A stretch of DNA of 64,000 nucleotides from Azolla caroliniana (taxonomy: Eukaryota > Plantae > Polypodiophyta), in assembly GCA_043228905.1 (NCBI GenBank), contig JBHGNT010000076.1:1-64000 (forward strand), written 5' to 3'. Of this stretch, positions 14,001 through 28,489 are shown one piece after another. Within the stretch, counting starts at the first letter, position 1. Each line of letters starts with the position of its first letter. The position numbers were made by a program, and so were the translations under genes. The notes under the pieces were generated by a model. The model did not search any database and had not been told where the DNA came from. It saw only the letters and a list, made by a program, of their open reading frames with translations.

Positions 14001-15149
14001 GAGACACATGACGAAATTAGCAAATTTGAGGAGTGAGTTGAGAAGAGCTAGTAGGTAAATTAAAATGTTCATACTTGGGTCGTGTGATATCAGATTTTTG
14101 TGTTCAAACATGCGATTCGAAGCTAACAACGCTAGCTATGATATGGAATTAAAAAATCAAGATTTTGAAACTCAGGTCGAGAGACATGACGATATTACAA
14201 AATTTGAGGAGTGAGTTGAGAAGAGCTAGTAGGTAAATTAAAATGGTCATACCTGGCTCGTGTGATATCGGATTTTTGTGTTCAAACATGCGAAATGAAG
14301 CTAACAATGCTAGATACGATATGGAACTAAAAAATAAAGATTTTGAAACTCAGGTCGAGAGACATGACGAAATTACCAAATTTGAGGAGTGAGTTGAGAA
14401 GAGCTAGTAGGTAAATTAAAATGTTCCTACTTGGTTCGTGTGATATCGGATTTTTGTGTTCAAACATGCGATTCGAAGCTAACAACGCTAGCTATGATAT
14501 GGAATTAATAAATCAAGATTTTGAAACTCAGGTCGAGAGACATGACGAAATTACCAAATTTGAGGAGTGAGTTGAGAAGAGCTAGTAGGTAAATTAAAAT
14601 GTTCATACTTGGTTCGTGTGATATCGGATTTTTGTGTTCAAACATGCGATTCGAAGCTAACAACGCTAGCTATGATATGGAATTAAAAAATCAAGATTTT
14701 GAAACTCAGGTCGAGAGACATGACGAAATTAGCAAATTTGAGGAGTGAGTTGAGAAGAGCTAGTAGGTAAATTAAAATGTTCATACTTGGCTCGTGTGAT
14801 ATCGGATTTTTGTGTTCAAACATGCGATTCGAAGCTAACAACGCTAGCTATGATATGGAATTAAAAAATCAAGATTTTGAAACTCAGGTCGAGAGACATG
14901 ATGAAATTACCAAATTTGAGGAGTGAGTTGAGAAGAGCTACTAGGTAAATTAAAATGTTCATACCTGGCTCGTGTGATATCGGATTTTTGTGTTCAAACA
15001 TGCGAAACGAAGCTAACAATGCTAGATACGATATGGAATTAAAAAATCAAGATTTTGAAACTCAGGTCGAGAGACATGACGAAATTACCAAATTTGAGGA
15101 GTGAGTTGAGGAGAGCTAGTAGGTAAATTAAAATGTTCATACTTGGTTC

Positions 15150-17300
15150 GTGTGATATCGGATTTTTGTGTTCAAACATGCGAAACGAAGCCAACATCGC
15201 TAGCTATGATATGAAATTAAAAAGTCAAGATTTTGAAACTCAGGTCGAGAGACATGACGAAATTAGCAAATTTGAGGAGTGAGTTGAGAAGAGCCCTTGA
15301 GTAAATGAAACTGTTCATACCTGGCTCGTGTGATATCGGATTTTTGTGTTCAAACATGCGAATCGAAGCTAACATCGCTAGCTATGATATGAAATTAAAA
15401 GATCAAGATTTTGAAACTCAGGTCGAGAGACATGACGAAATTACCAAATTTGAGTAGTGAGTTGAGAGGAGCCCTTGAGTAAATGAAAATGTTCATACCT
15501 GGCTCGTGTGATATCAGATTTTTGTGTTTAAACATGCGATTCGAAGCTAACAACGCTAGCTATGATATGGAATTAAAAAATCAAGATTTTGAAACTCAGG
15601 TCGAGAGACATGACGAAATTACCAAATTTGAGGAGTGAGTTGAGAAGAGCTAGTAGGTAAATTAAAATGTTCATACTTGGTTCGTGTGATATCGGATTTT
15701 TGTGTTCAAACCTGCGATTCGAAGCTAACAACACTAGCTATGATATGGAATTAGAAAATCAAGATTTTGAAACTCAGGTCGAGAGACATGACGAAATTAC
15801 CAAATTTGAGGAGTGAGTTGAGAAGAGCTAGTAAGTAAATTAAAATGTTCATACCTGGCTCGTGTGATATCGGATTTTTGTGTTCAAACATGCCAATCGA
15901 AGCTAACAACGCTAGCTATGATATAGAAGTAAAAAATCAAGATTTTGAAATTCAGGTCGAGAGACATGACGAAATTAGCAAATTGGAGGAGTGAGATGAG
16001 AGGAGCCCTTGAGTAAATGAAAATGTTCATACCTGGCTCGTGTGATATCGGATTTTTGTGTTCAAACATGCGAATCGAAGCTAACAATGCTAGCTATGAG
16101 ATAGAATTAAAAAATCAAGATTTTGAAACTCAGGTCGAGAGACATGACGAAATTAGCAAATTTGAGTAGTGAGTTCAGGGGAGCCCTTGAGTCAATGAAA
16201 ATGTTCATACCTGGCTCGTGTGATATCGGATTTTTGTGTTCAAACATGCGATTCGAAGCTAACAACGCTAGCTATGATATGGAATTAAAAAATCAAGATT
16301 TTGAAACTCAGGTCGAGAGACATGACGAAATTAGCAAATTTGAGGAGTGAGTTGAGAAGAGCTAGTAGATAAATTAAAATGTTCATACCTGGCTCGTGTG
16401 GTATCGGATTTTTGTGTTCAAACATGCGAAACGAAGCTAACATCGCTAGCTATGATATGAAATTAAAAAGTCAAGATTTTGAAACTCAGGTCGAGAGACA
16501 TGACGAAATTAGCAAATTTGAGGAGTGAGTTGAGAAGAGCCCTTGAGTAAATGAAACTGTTCATACCTGGCTCGTGTGATATCGGATTTTTGTGTTCAAA
16601 CATGCGAATCGAAGCTAACATCGCTAGCTATGATATGAAATTAAAAGATCAAGATTTTGAAACTCAGGTCGAGAGACATGACGAAATTACCAAATTTGAG
16701 TAGTGAGTTGAGAGGAGCCCTTGAGTAAATGAAAATGTTCATACCTGGCTCGTGTGATATCAGATTTTTGTGTTCAAACATGCGATTCGAAGCTAACAAC
16801 GCTAGCTATGATATGGAATTAAAAAATCAAGATTTTGAAACTCAGGTCGAGAGACATGACGAAATTACCAAATTTGAGGAGTGAGTTGAGAAGAGCTAGT
16901 AGGTAAATTAAAATGTTCATACTTGGTTCGTGTGATATCGGATTTTTGTGTTCAAACCTGCGATTCGAAGCTAACAACACTAGCTATGATATGGAATTAG
17001 AAAATCAAGATTTTGAAACTCAGGTCGAGAGACATGACGAAATTACCAAATTTGAGGAGTGAGTTGAGAAGAGCTAGTAAGTAAATTAAAATGTTCATAC
17101 CTGGCTCGTGTGATATCGGATTTTTGTGTTCAAACATGCCAATCGAAGCTAACAACGCTAGCTATGATATAGAAGTAAAAAATCAAGATTTTGAAATTCA
17201 GGTCGAGAGACATGACGAAATTAGCAAATTGGAGGAGTGAGATGAGAGGAGCCCTTGAGTAAATGAAAATGTTCATACCTGGCTCGTGTGATATCGGATT
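15150..17300 (+). repeat. Block duplication, 7-monomer offset (1246 bp)
   Basis: AAACCTGCG (15711/16957), AACACTAG, ATTAGAAAATC, GTAAGTAAA and CATGCCAATC...AGAAGT...AATTGGAG all recur at +1246. Boundaries approximate. Confidence 0.85.
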
Positions 17301-20300
17301 TTCATGTTCAAACATGCGAATTGAAGCTAACAACGCTAGCTATGATATGGAATTAAAAAGTGAAGATTTTGAAACTCAGGTCGAGAGACATGACGAAATT
17401 AGCAAATTTGAGGAGTGAGTTGAGAAGATCCCTTGAGTAAATGAAACTGTTCATACTTGGTTCGTGTGATATCGGATTTTTGTGTTCAAACATGCGATTC
17501 GAAGCTAACAACGCTAGCTATGATATGGAATTAAAAAATCAAGATTTTGAAACTCAGGTCGAGAGACATGACGAAATTACCAAATTTGAGGAGTGAGTTG
17601 AGAAGAGCTAGTAGGTAAATTAAAATGTTCATACTTGGTTCGTGTGATATCGGATTTTTGTGTTCAAACATGCGATTCGAAGCTAACAACGCTAGCTATG
17701 ATATGGAATTAAAAAATCAAGATTTTGAAACTCAGGTCGAGAGACATGACGAAATTAGCAAATTTGAGGAGTGAGTTGAGAAGAGCTAGTAGGTAAATTA
17801 AAATGTTCATACTTGGCTCGTGTGATATCGGATTTTTGTGTTCAAACATGCGATTCGAAGCTAACAACGCTAGCTATGATATGGAATTAAAAAATCAAGA
17901 TTTTGAAACTCAGGTCGAGAGACATGATGAAATTACCAAATTTGAGGAGTGAGTTGAGAAGAGCTACTAGGTAAATTAAAATGTTCATACCTGGCTCGTG
18001 TGATATCGGATTTTTGTGTTCAAACATGCGAAACGAAGCTAACAATGCTAGATACGATATGGAATTAAAAAATCAAGATTTTGAAACTCAGGTCGAGAGA
18101 CATGACGAAATTACCAAATTTGAGGAGTGAGTTGAGGAGAGCTAGTAGGTAAATTAAAATGTTCATACTTGGTTCGTGTGATATCGGATTTTTGTGTTCA
18201 AACATGCGAAACGAAGCTAACAACGCTAGCTATGATATGAAATTAAAAGATGAAGATTTTGAAACTCAAGTCGAGGGACATGACGAAATTACCAAATTTG
18301 AGGAGTGAGTTGAGAAGAGCTAGTAGGTAAATTAAAATGTTCATACCTGGCTCGTGTGATATCGGATTTTTGTGTTCAAACATGCCAATCGAAGCTAACA
18401 ACGCTAGCTATGATATAGAAGTAAAAAATCAAGATTTTGAAATTCAGGTCGAGAGACATGACGAAATTAGCAAATTGGAGGAGTGAGATGAAAGGAGCCC
18501 TTGAGTAAATGAAAATGTTCATACCTGGCTCGTGTGATATCGGATTTTCATGTTCAAACATGCGAATTGAAGCTAACAACGCTAGCTATGATATGGAATT
18601 AAAAAGTGAAGATTTTGAAACTCAGGTCGAGAGACATGACGAAATTAGCAAATTTGAGGAGTGAGTTGAGAAGAGCCCTTGAGTACATGAAACTGTTCAT
18701 ACTTGGTTCGTGTGATATCGGATTTTTGTGTTCAAACATGCGATTCGAAGCTAACAACGCTAGGTATGATATGGAATTAAAAAATCAAGATTTTGAAACT
18801 CAGGTCGAGAGACATGACGAAATTACCAAATTTGAGGAGTGTGTTGAAAAGAGCTAGTAGGTAAATTAAAATGTTCATACCTGGCTCGTGTGATATCGGA
18901 TTTTTGTGTTCAAACATGCGAAACGAAGCTAACAACGCTAGCTATGATATGAGATTAAAAGATCAAGATTTTGAAACTCAGGTCGAGAGACATGACGAAA
19001 TTACCAAATTTGAGTAGTGAGTTGAGAGGAGCCCTTGAGTAAATGAAAATGTTCATACCTGGCTCGTGCGATATCGGATTTTTGTGTTCAAACATGCGAA
19101 ACGAAGCTAACAACGCTAGCTATGATATGAAATTAAAAGATCAAGATTTTGAAACTCAGGTCGAGAGACATTACCAAATTACCAAATTTGAGTAGTGAGT
19201 TGAGAGGAGCCCTTGAGTAAATGAAAATGTTCATACCTGGCTCGTGTGATATTGGATTTTTGTGTTCAAACATGCGATTCGAAGCTAACAACGCTAGCTA
19301 TGATATGGAATTAAAAAATCAAGATTTTGAAACTCAGGTCGAGAGACATGATGAAATTACCAAATTTGAGGAGTGAGTTGAGAAGAGCTAGTAGGTAAAT
19401 TAAATTGTTCATACCTGGCTCTTGTGATATCCGATTTTTGTGTTCAAACATGCGAAACGAAGGTAACAATGCTAGATACGATATGGAATTAAAAAATCAA
19501 GATTTTGAAACTCAGGTCGAGAGACATGACGAAATTACCAAATTTGAGGAGTGAGTTGAGAAGAGCTAGTAGGTAAATTAAAATGTTCATACTTGGTTCG
19601 TGTGATATCGGATTTTCATGTTCAAACATGCGAATTGAAGCTAACAACGCTAGCTATGATATGGAATTAAAAAGTGAAGATTTTGAAACTCAGGTCGAGA
19701 GACATGACGAAATTAGCAAATTTGAGGAGTGAGTTGAGAAGAGCCCTTGAGTAAATGAAACTGTTCATACTTGGTTCGTGTGATATCGGATTTTTGTGTT
19801 CAAACCTGCGATTCGAAGCTAACAACGCTAGCTATGATATGGAATTAAAAAATCAAGATTTTGAAACTCAGGTCGAGAGACATGACGAAATTACCAAATT
19901 TGAGGAGTGAGTTGAGAAGAGATAGTAGGTAAATTAAAATGTTCATACCTGGCTCGTGTGATATCGGATTTTTGTGTTCAAACATGCCAATCGAAGCTAA
20001 CAACGCTAGCTATGATATGAAATTAAAAGATCAAGATTTTGAAACTCAGGTCGAGAGACATGACGAAATTACCAAATTTGAGTAGTGAGTTGAGAGGAGC
20101 CCTTGAGTAAATGAAAATGTTCATACCTGGCTCGTGTGATATTGGATTTTTGTGTTCAAACATGCGATTCGAAGCTAACAACGCTATCTATGATATGGAA
20201 TTAAAAAATCAAGATTTTGAAACTCAGGTCGAGAGACATGATGAAATTACCAAATTTGAGGAGTGAGTTGAGAAGAGCTAGTAGGTAAATTAAAATGTTC

Positions 20301-23300
20301 ATACCTGGCTCTTGTGATATCCGATTTTTGTGTTCAAACATGCGAAACGAAGCTAACAATGCTAGATACGATATGGAATTAAAAAATCAAGATTTTGAAA
20401 CTCAGGTCGAGAGACATGACGAAATTACCAAATTTGAGGAGTGAGTTGAGAAGAGCTAGTAGGTAAATTAAAATGTTCATACTTGGTTCGTGTGATATCG
20501 GATTTTTGTGTTCAAACATGCGATTCGAAGCTAACAACGCTAGCTAGGATATGGAATTAAAAAATCAAGATTTTGAAACTCAGGTCGAGAGACATGACGA
20601 AATTACCAAATTTGAGGAGTGAGTTGAGAAGAGCTAGTAGGTAAATTAAAATGTTCATACTTGGTTCGTGTGATATCGGATTTTTGTGTTCAAACATGCG
20701 ATTCGAAGCTAACAACGCTAGCTAGGATATGGAATTAAAAAATCAAGATTTTGAAACTCAGGTCGAGAGACATGACGAAATTACCAAATTTGAGGAGTGA
20801 GTTGAGGAGAGCTAGTAGGTAAATTAAAATGTTCATACTTGGTTCGTATGATATCGGATTTTTGTGTTCAAACATGCGATTCGAAGCTAACAACACTAGC
20901 TATGATATGGAATTAAAAAATCAAGATTTTGAAACTCAGGTCGAGAGACATGACGAAATTACCAAATTTGAGGAGTGAGTTGAGAAGAGCTAGTAGGTAA
21001 ATTAAAATGTTCATACCTGGCTCGTGTGATATCGGATTTTTGTGTTCAAACATGCCAATCGAAGCTAACAACGCTAGCTATGATATGGAAGTAAAAAATC
21101 AAGATTTTGAAATTCAGGTCAAAAGACATGACGAAATTAGCAAATTTGAGGAGTGAGATGAGAGGAGCCCTTGAGTATTTGAAAATGTTCATACCTGGCT
21201 CGTGTGATATCGGATTTTCATGTTCAAACATGCGAATTGAAGCTAACAACGCTAGCTATGATATGGAATTAAAAAGTCAAGATTTTGAAACTCAGGTCGA
21301 GAGACATGACGAAATTAGCAAATTTGAGGAGTGAGTTGAGAAGAGCTAGTAGGTAAATTAAAATGTTCATACCTGGCTCTTGTGATATCCGATTTTTGTG
21401 TTCAAACATGCGAAACGAAGCTAACAATGCTAGATACGATATGGAATTAAAAAATCAAGATTTTGAAACTCAGGTCGAGAGACATGACGAAATTACCAAA
21501 TTTGAGGAGTGAGTTGAGAAGAGCTAGTAGGTAAATTAAAATGTTCATACTTGGTTCGTGTGATATCGGATTTTTGTGTTCAAACATGCGATTCGAAGCT
21601 AACAACGCTAGCTATGATTTAGAAGTAAAAAATCAAGATTTTGAAATTCAGGTCGAGAGACATGACGAAATTAGCAAATTGGAGGAGTGAGATGAGAAGA
21701 GCCCTTGAGTAAATGAAACTGTTCATACCTGGCTCGTGTGATATCGGATTTTTGTGTTCAAACATGCGAAACGAAGCTAACATCGCTAGCTATGATATGA
21801 AATTAAAAGATCAAGATTTTGAAACTCAGGTCGAGAGACATGACGAAATTACCAAATTTGAGTAGTGAGTTGAGAGGAGCCCTTGAGTAAATGAAAATGT
21901 TCATACCTGGCTCGTGTGATATCAGATTTTTGTGTTCAAACATGCGATTCGAAGCTAACAACGCTAGCTATGATATGGAATTAAAAAATCAAGATTTTGA
22001 AACTCAGGTCGAGAGACATGACGAAATTACCAAATTTGAGGAGTGAGTTGAGAAGAGCTAGTAGGTAAATTAAAATGTTCATACCTGGCTCGTGTGATAT
22101 CGGATTTTTGTGTTCAAACATGCGATTCGAAGCTAACAACGCTAGCTATGATATGGAATTAAAAAATCAAGATTTTGAAACTCAGGTCGAGAGACATGAC
22201 GAAATTACCAAATTTGAGGAGTGAGTTGAGAAGAGCTAGTAGGTAAATTAAAATGTTCATACCTGGCTCGTGTGATATCGGATTTTTGTGTTCAAACATG
22301 CGATTCGAAGCTAACAACGCTAGCTATGATATGGAATTAAAAAATCAAGATTTTGAAACTCAGGTCGAGAGACATGATGAAATTACCAAATTTGAGGAGT
22401 GAGTTGAGAAGAGCTAGTAGGTAAATTAAAATGTTCATACCTGGCTCGTGTGATATCGGATTTTTGTGTTCAAACATGCGAAACGAAGCTAACAATCCTA
22501 GATACGATATGGAATTAAAAAATCAAGATTTTGAAACTCAGGTCGAGAGACATGACGAAATTACCAAATTTGAGGAGTGAGTTGAGGAGAGCTAGTAGGT
22601 AAATGAAACTGTTCATACTTGGTTCGTGTGATATCGGATTTTTGTGTTCAAACATGCGAACCGAAGCTAACAACACTAGCTATGATATGGAATTAAAAAA
22701 TCAAGATTTTGAAACTCAGGTCGAGAGACATGACGAAATTACCAAATTTGAGGAGTGAGTTGAGAAGAGCTAGTAAGTAAATTAAAATGTTCATACCTGG
22801 CTCGTGTGATATCGGATTTTTGTGTTCAAACATGCCAATCGAAGCTAACAACGCTAGCTATGATATAGAAGTAAAAAATCAAGATTTTGAAATTCAGGTC
22901 GAGAGACATGACGAAATTACCAAATTGGAGGAGTGAGATGAGAGGAGCCCTTGAGTAAATGAAAATGTTCATACCTGGCTCGTGTGATATCGGATTTTCA
23001 TGTTCAAACATGCGAATTGAAGCTAACAACGCTAGCTATGATATGGAATTAAAAAGTGAAGATTTTGAAACTCAGGTCGAGAGACATGACAAAATTAGCA
23101 AATTTGAGGAGTGAGTTGAGAAGAGCCCTTGAGTAAATGAAACTGTTCATACTTGGTTCGTGTGATATCGGATTTTTGTGTTCAAACCTGCGATTCGAAG
23201 CTAACAACGCTAGCTATGATATGGAATTAAAAAATCAAGATTTTGAAACTCAGGTCGAGAGACATGACGAAATTACCAAATTTGAGGAGTGAGTTGAGAA

Positions 23301-24879
23301 GAGCTAGTAGGTAAATTAAAATGTTCATACCTGGCTCGTGTGATATCGGATTTTTGTGTTCAAACATGCCAATCGAAGCTAACAACGCTAGCTATGATAT
23401 GAAATTAAAAGATCAAGATTTTGAAACTCAGGTCGAGAGACATGACCAAATTACCAAATTTGAGTAGTGAGTTGAGAGGAGCCCTTGAGTAAATGAAAAT
23501 GTTCATACCTGGCTCGTGTGATATTGGATTTTTGTGTTCAAACATGCGATTCGAAGCTAACAACGCTATCTATGATATGGAATTAAAAAATCAAGATTTT
23601 GAAACTCAAGTCGAGAGACATGATGAAATTACCAAATTTGAGGAGTGAGTTGAGAAGAGCTAGTAGGTAAATTAAAATGTTCATACCTAGCTCTTGTGAT
23701 ATCCGATTTTTGTGTTCAAACATGCGAAACGAAGCTAACAATGCTAGATACGATATGGAATTAAAAAATCAAGATTTTGAAACTCAGGTCGAGAGACATG
23801 ACGAAATTAGCAAATTTGAGGAGTGAGTTGAGAAGAGCTAGTAGGTAAATTAAAATGTTCATACTTGGTTCGTGTGATATCGGATTTTTGTGTTCAAACA
23901 TGCGATTCGAAGCTAACAACGCTAGCTAGGATATGGAATTAAAAAATCAAGATTTTGAAACTCAGGTCGAGAGACATGACGAAATTACCAAATTTGAGGA
24001 GTGAGTTGAGAAGAGCTAGTAGGTAAATTAAAATGTTCATACTTGGTTCGTGTTATATCGGATTTTTGTGTTCAAACATGCGATTCGAAGCTAACAACGC
24101 TAGCTAGGATATGGAATTAAAAAGTCAAGATTTTGAAACTCAGGTCGAGAGACATGACGAAATTACCAAATTTGAGGAGTGAGTTGAGAAGAGCTAGTAG
24201 GTAAATGAAAATGTTCATACCTGGCTCGTGTGATATTTGATTTTTGTGTTCAAACATGCGAAACGAAGCTAACAATGCTAGATACGATATGGAATTAAAA
24301 AATCAAGATTTTGAAACTCAGGTCCAGAGACATGACGAAATTACCAAATTTGAGGAGTGAGTTGAGAAGAGCTAGTAGGTAAATTAAAATGTTCATACTT
24401 GGTTCGTGTGATATCGGATTTTTGTGTTCAAACATGTGATTCGAAGCTAACAACGCTAGCTAGGATATGGAATTAAAAAATCAAGATTTTGAAACTCAGG
24501 TCGAGAGACATGACGAAATTACCAAATTTGAGGAGTGAGTTGAGAAGAGCTAGTAGGTAAATTAAAATGTTCATACTTGGTTCGTGTGATATCGGATTTT
24601 TGTGTTCAAACATGCGATTCGAAGCTAACAACGCTAGCTATGATATGGAATTAAAAAATCAAGATTTTGAAACTCAGGTCGAGAGACATGACGAAATTAC
24701 CAAATTTGAGGAGTGAGTTGAGAAGAGCTAGTAGGTAAATTAAAATGTTCATACCTGGCTCGTGTGATATCGGATTTTTGTGTTCAAACATGCCAATCGA
24801 AGCTAACAACGCTAGCTATGATATGAAATTAAAAGATCAAGATTTTGAAACTCAGGTCGAGAGACATGACCAAATTACC

Positions 24880-24883
24880 AAAA
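24880..24883 (+). other. +1 A insertion (179-bp monomer)
   Basis: CCAAAATTTG instead of CCAAATTTG; all downstream monomer starts shift by +1 (e.g. 26702). Confidence 0.9.
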
Positions 24884-26167
24884 TTTGAGTAGTGAGTTGA
24901 GAGGAGCCCTTGAGTAAATGAAAATGTTCATACCTGGCTCGTGTGATATTGGATTTTTGTGTTCAAACATGCGATTCGAAGCTAACAACGCTATCTATGA
25001 TATGGAATTAAAAAATCAAGATTTTGAAACTCAGGTCGAGAGACATGATGAAATTACCAAATTTGAGGAGTGAGTTGAGAAGAGCTAGTAGGTAAATTAA
25101 AATGTTCATACCTGGCTCTTGTGATATCCGATTTTTGTGTTCAAACATGCGAAACGAAGCTAACAATGCTAGATACGATATGGAATTAAAAAATCAAGAT
25201 TTTGAAACTCAGGTCGAGAGACATGACGAAATTACCAAATTTGAGTAGTGAGTTGAGAGGAGCCCTTGAGTAAATGAAAATGTTCATACCTGGCTCGTGT
25301 GATATCGGATTTTTGTGTTCAAACATGCGAAACGAAGCTAACAACGCTAGCTATGATATGAAATTAAAAGATCAAGATTTTAAAACTCAGGTCGAGAGAC
25401 ATTACCAAATTACCAAATTTGAGTAGTGAGTTGAGAGGAGCCCTTGAGTAAATGAAAATGTTCATACCTGGCTCGTGTGATATTGGATTTTTGTGTTCAA
25501 ACATGCGATTCGAAGCTAACAACGCTAGCTATGATATGGAATTAAAAAATCAAGATTTTGAAACTCAGGTCGAGAGACATGACGAAATTACCAAATTTGA
25601 GGAGTGAGTTGAGAAGAGCTAGTAGGTAAATTAAAATGTTCGTACTTGGTTCGTGTGATATCGGATTTTTGTGTTCAAACATGGGAATCGAAGCTAACAA
25701 CGCTAGCTATGAGATAGAATTAAAAAATCAAGATTTTGAAACTCAGGTCGAGAGACATGATGAAATTAGCAAATTTGAGGAGGGAGTGGAGAAGAGGCCG
25801 TGAGTAAATGAAACTGTTCATACCTGGCTCGTGTGATATCGGATTTTTGTGTTGAAACATGCGAACCGAAGCTAACAACGCTAGCTATGATATGGAATTA
25901 AAAAATCAAGATTTTGAAACTCAGGTCGAGAGACATGATGAAATTACCAAATTTGAGGAGTGAGTTGAGAAGAGCTAGTAGGTAAATTAAAATGTTCATA
26001 CCTGGCTCTTGTGATATCCGATTTTTGTGTTCAAACATGCGAAACGAAGCTAACAATGCTAGATACGATATGGAATTAAAAAATCAAGATTTTGAAACTC
26101 AGGTCGAGAGACATGACGAAATTACCAAATTTGAGGAGTGAGTTGAGAAGAGCTAGTAGGTAAATTA

Positions 26168-27413
26168 AAATGTTCATACTTGGTTCGTGTGATATCGGAT
26201 TTTTGTGTTCAAACATGCGATTCGAAGCTAACAACGCTAGCTAGGATATGGAATTAAAAAATCAAGATTTTGAAACTCAGGTCGAGAGACATGACGAAAT
26301 TACCAAATTTGAGGAGTGAGTTGAGAAGAGCTAGTAGGTAAATTAAAATGTTCATACTTGGTTCGTGTGATATCGGATTTTTGTGTTCAAACATGTGATT
26401 CGAAGCTAACAACGCTAGCTAGGATATGGAATTAAAAAATCAAGATTTTGAAACTCAGGTCGAGAGACATGACGAAATTACCAAATTTGAGGAGTGAGTT
26501 GAGAAGAGCTAGTAGGTAAATTAAAATGTTCATACTTGGTTCGTGTGATATCGGATTTTTGTGTTCAAACATGCGATTCGAAGCTAACAACGCTAGCTAG
26601 GATATGGAATTAAAAAATCAAGATTTTGAAACTCAGGTCGAGAGACATGACGAAATTACCAAATTTGAGGACTGAGTTGAGAAGAGCTAGTAGGTAAATT
26701 AAAATGTTCATACTTGGTTCGTGTGATATCGGATTTTTGTGTTCAAACATGCGATTCGAAGCTAACAACGCTAGCTATGATATGGAATTAAAAAATCAAG
26801 ATTTTGAAACTCAGGTCGAGAGACATGACGAAATTACCAAATTTGAGGAGTGAGTTGAGAAGAGCTAGTAGGTAAATTAAAATGTTCATACTTGGTTCGT
26901 GTGATATCGGATTTTTGTGTTCAAACATGCGATTCAAAGCTAACAACGCTAGCTATGATATGGAATTAAAAAATCAAGATTTTGAAACTCAGGTCGAGAG
27001 ACATGACGAAATTACCAAATTTGAGGAGTGAGTTGAGAAGAGCTAGTAGGTAAATTAAAATGTTCATACTTGGTTCGTGTGATATCGGATTTTTGTGTTC
27101 AAACATGCGATTCAAAGCTAACAACGCTAGCTAGGATATGGAATTAAAAAATCAAGATTTTGAAACTCAGGTCGAGAGACATGACGAAATTACCAAATTT
27201 GAGGAGTGAGTTGAGGAGAGCTAGTAGGTAAATTAAAATGTTCATACTTGGTTCGTGTGATATCGGATTTTTGTGTTCAAACATGCGATTCGAAGCTAAC
27301 AACACTAGCTATGATATGGAATTAAAAAATCAAGATTTTGAAACTCAGGTCGAGAGACATGACGAAATTACCAAATTTGAGGAGTGAGTTGAGAAGAGCT
27401 AGTAGGTAAATTA
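26168..27413 (+). repeat. Run of 7 near-identical monomers (monomer-level homogenisation)
   Basis: Seven consecutive monomers carry CTTGGTTCG and the GCTAGTAGG junction; GATTCAAAGC is shared by two adjacent monomers (~26931, ~27109). Confidence 0.85.
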
Positions 27414-28489
27414 AAATGTTCATACCTGGCTCGTGTGATATCGGATATTTGTGTTCAAACATGCGAAACGAAGCTAACAACGCTAGCTATGATATGAAAT
27501 TAAAAGATCAAGATTTTGAAACTCAGGTCGAGAGACATGACGAAATTACCAAATTTGAGTAGTGAGTTGAGAGGAGCCCTTGAGTAAATGAAAATGTTCA
27601 TACCTGGCTCGTGTGATATCGGATTTTTGTGTTCAAACATGCGAAACGAAGCTAACAACGCTAGCTATGATATGAAATTAAAAGATCAAGATTTTGAAAT
27701 TCAGGTCGAGAGACATGACGAAATTAGCAAATTTGAGGAGTGAGATGAGAGGAGCCCTTCAGTAAATGAAAATGTTCATACCTGGCTCGTGTGATATCGG
27801 ATTTTCATGTTCAAACGTGCGAATTGAAGCTAAAAACGCTAGCTATGATATGGAATTAAAAAGTGAAGATTTTGAAACTCAGGTCGAGAGACATGACGAA
27901 ATTAGCAAATTTGAGGAGTGAGTTGAGAAGAGCCCTTGAGTAAATGAAACTGTTCATACCTGGCTCGTGTGATATCGTATTTTTGTGTTCAAACATGCGA
28001 TTCGAAGCTAACAACGCTAGATACGATATGGAATTAAAAAATCAAGGTTTTGAAACTCAAGTCGAGAGACTTGACGAAATTACCAAATTTGAGGAGTAAG
28101 TTGAGAAGAGCTAGTAGGTAAATTAAAATGTTCATACTTGGTTCGTGTGATATCGGATTTTCGTGTTCAAACATGCGATTCGAAGCTAACAACGCTAGCT
28201 AGGATATGGAATTAAAAAATGAAGATTTTGAAACTCAGGTTGAGAGACATGACGAAATTACCAAATTTGTGGAGTGAGTTGAGAAGAGCTAGTAGGTAAA
28301 TTAAAATGTTCATACTTGGTTCGTGTGATATCGGATTTTTGTGTTCAAACATGCGATTCGAAGCTAACAACGCTAGCTATGATATGGAATTAAAAAATCA
28401 AGATTTTGAAACTCAGGTCGAGAGACATGACGAAATTACCAAATTTGAGGAGTGAGTTGAGAAGAGCTAGTAGGTAAATTAAAATGTTC

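Noticed and set aside
12324-23029. Minus-strand 67-aa ORFs (MLASIRMF...) at 12324, 15884, 17130, 18376, 21046, 22826, plus the related one at 58279
   Set aside because: They are reverse-strand readings of about 1.1 satellite monomers where point variants remove a stop. 178 is not a multiple of 3, most monomers have stops, and there is no gene context. They are useful only as duplication markers.
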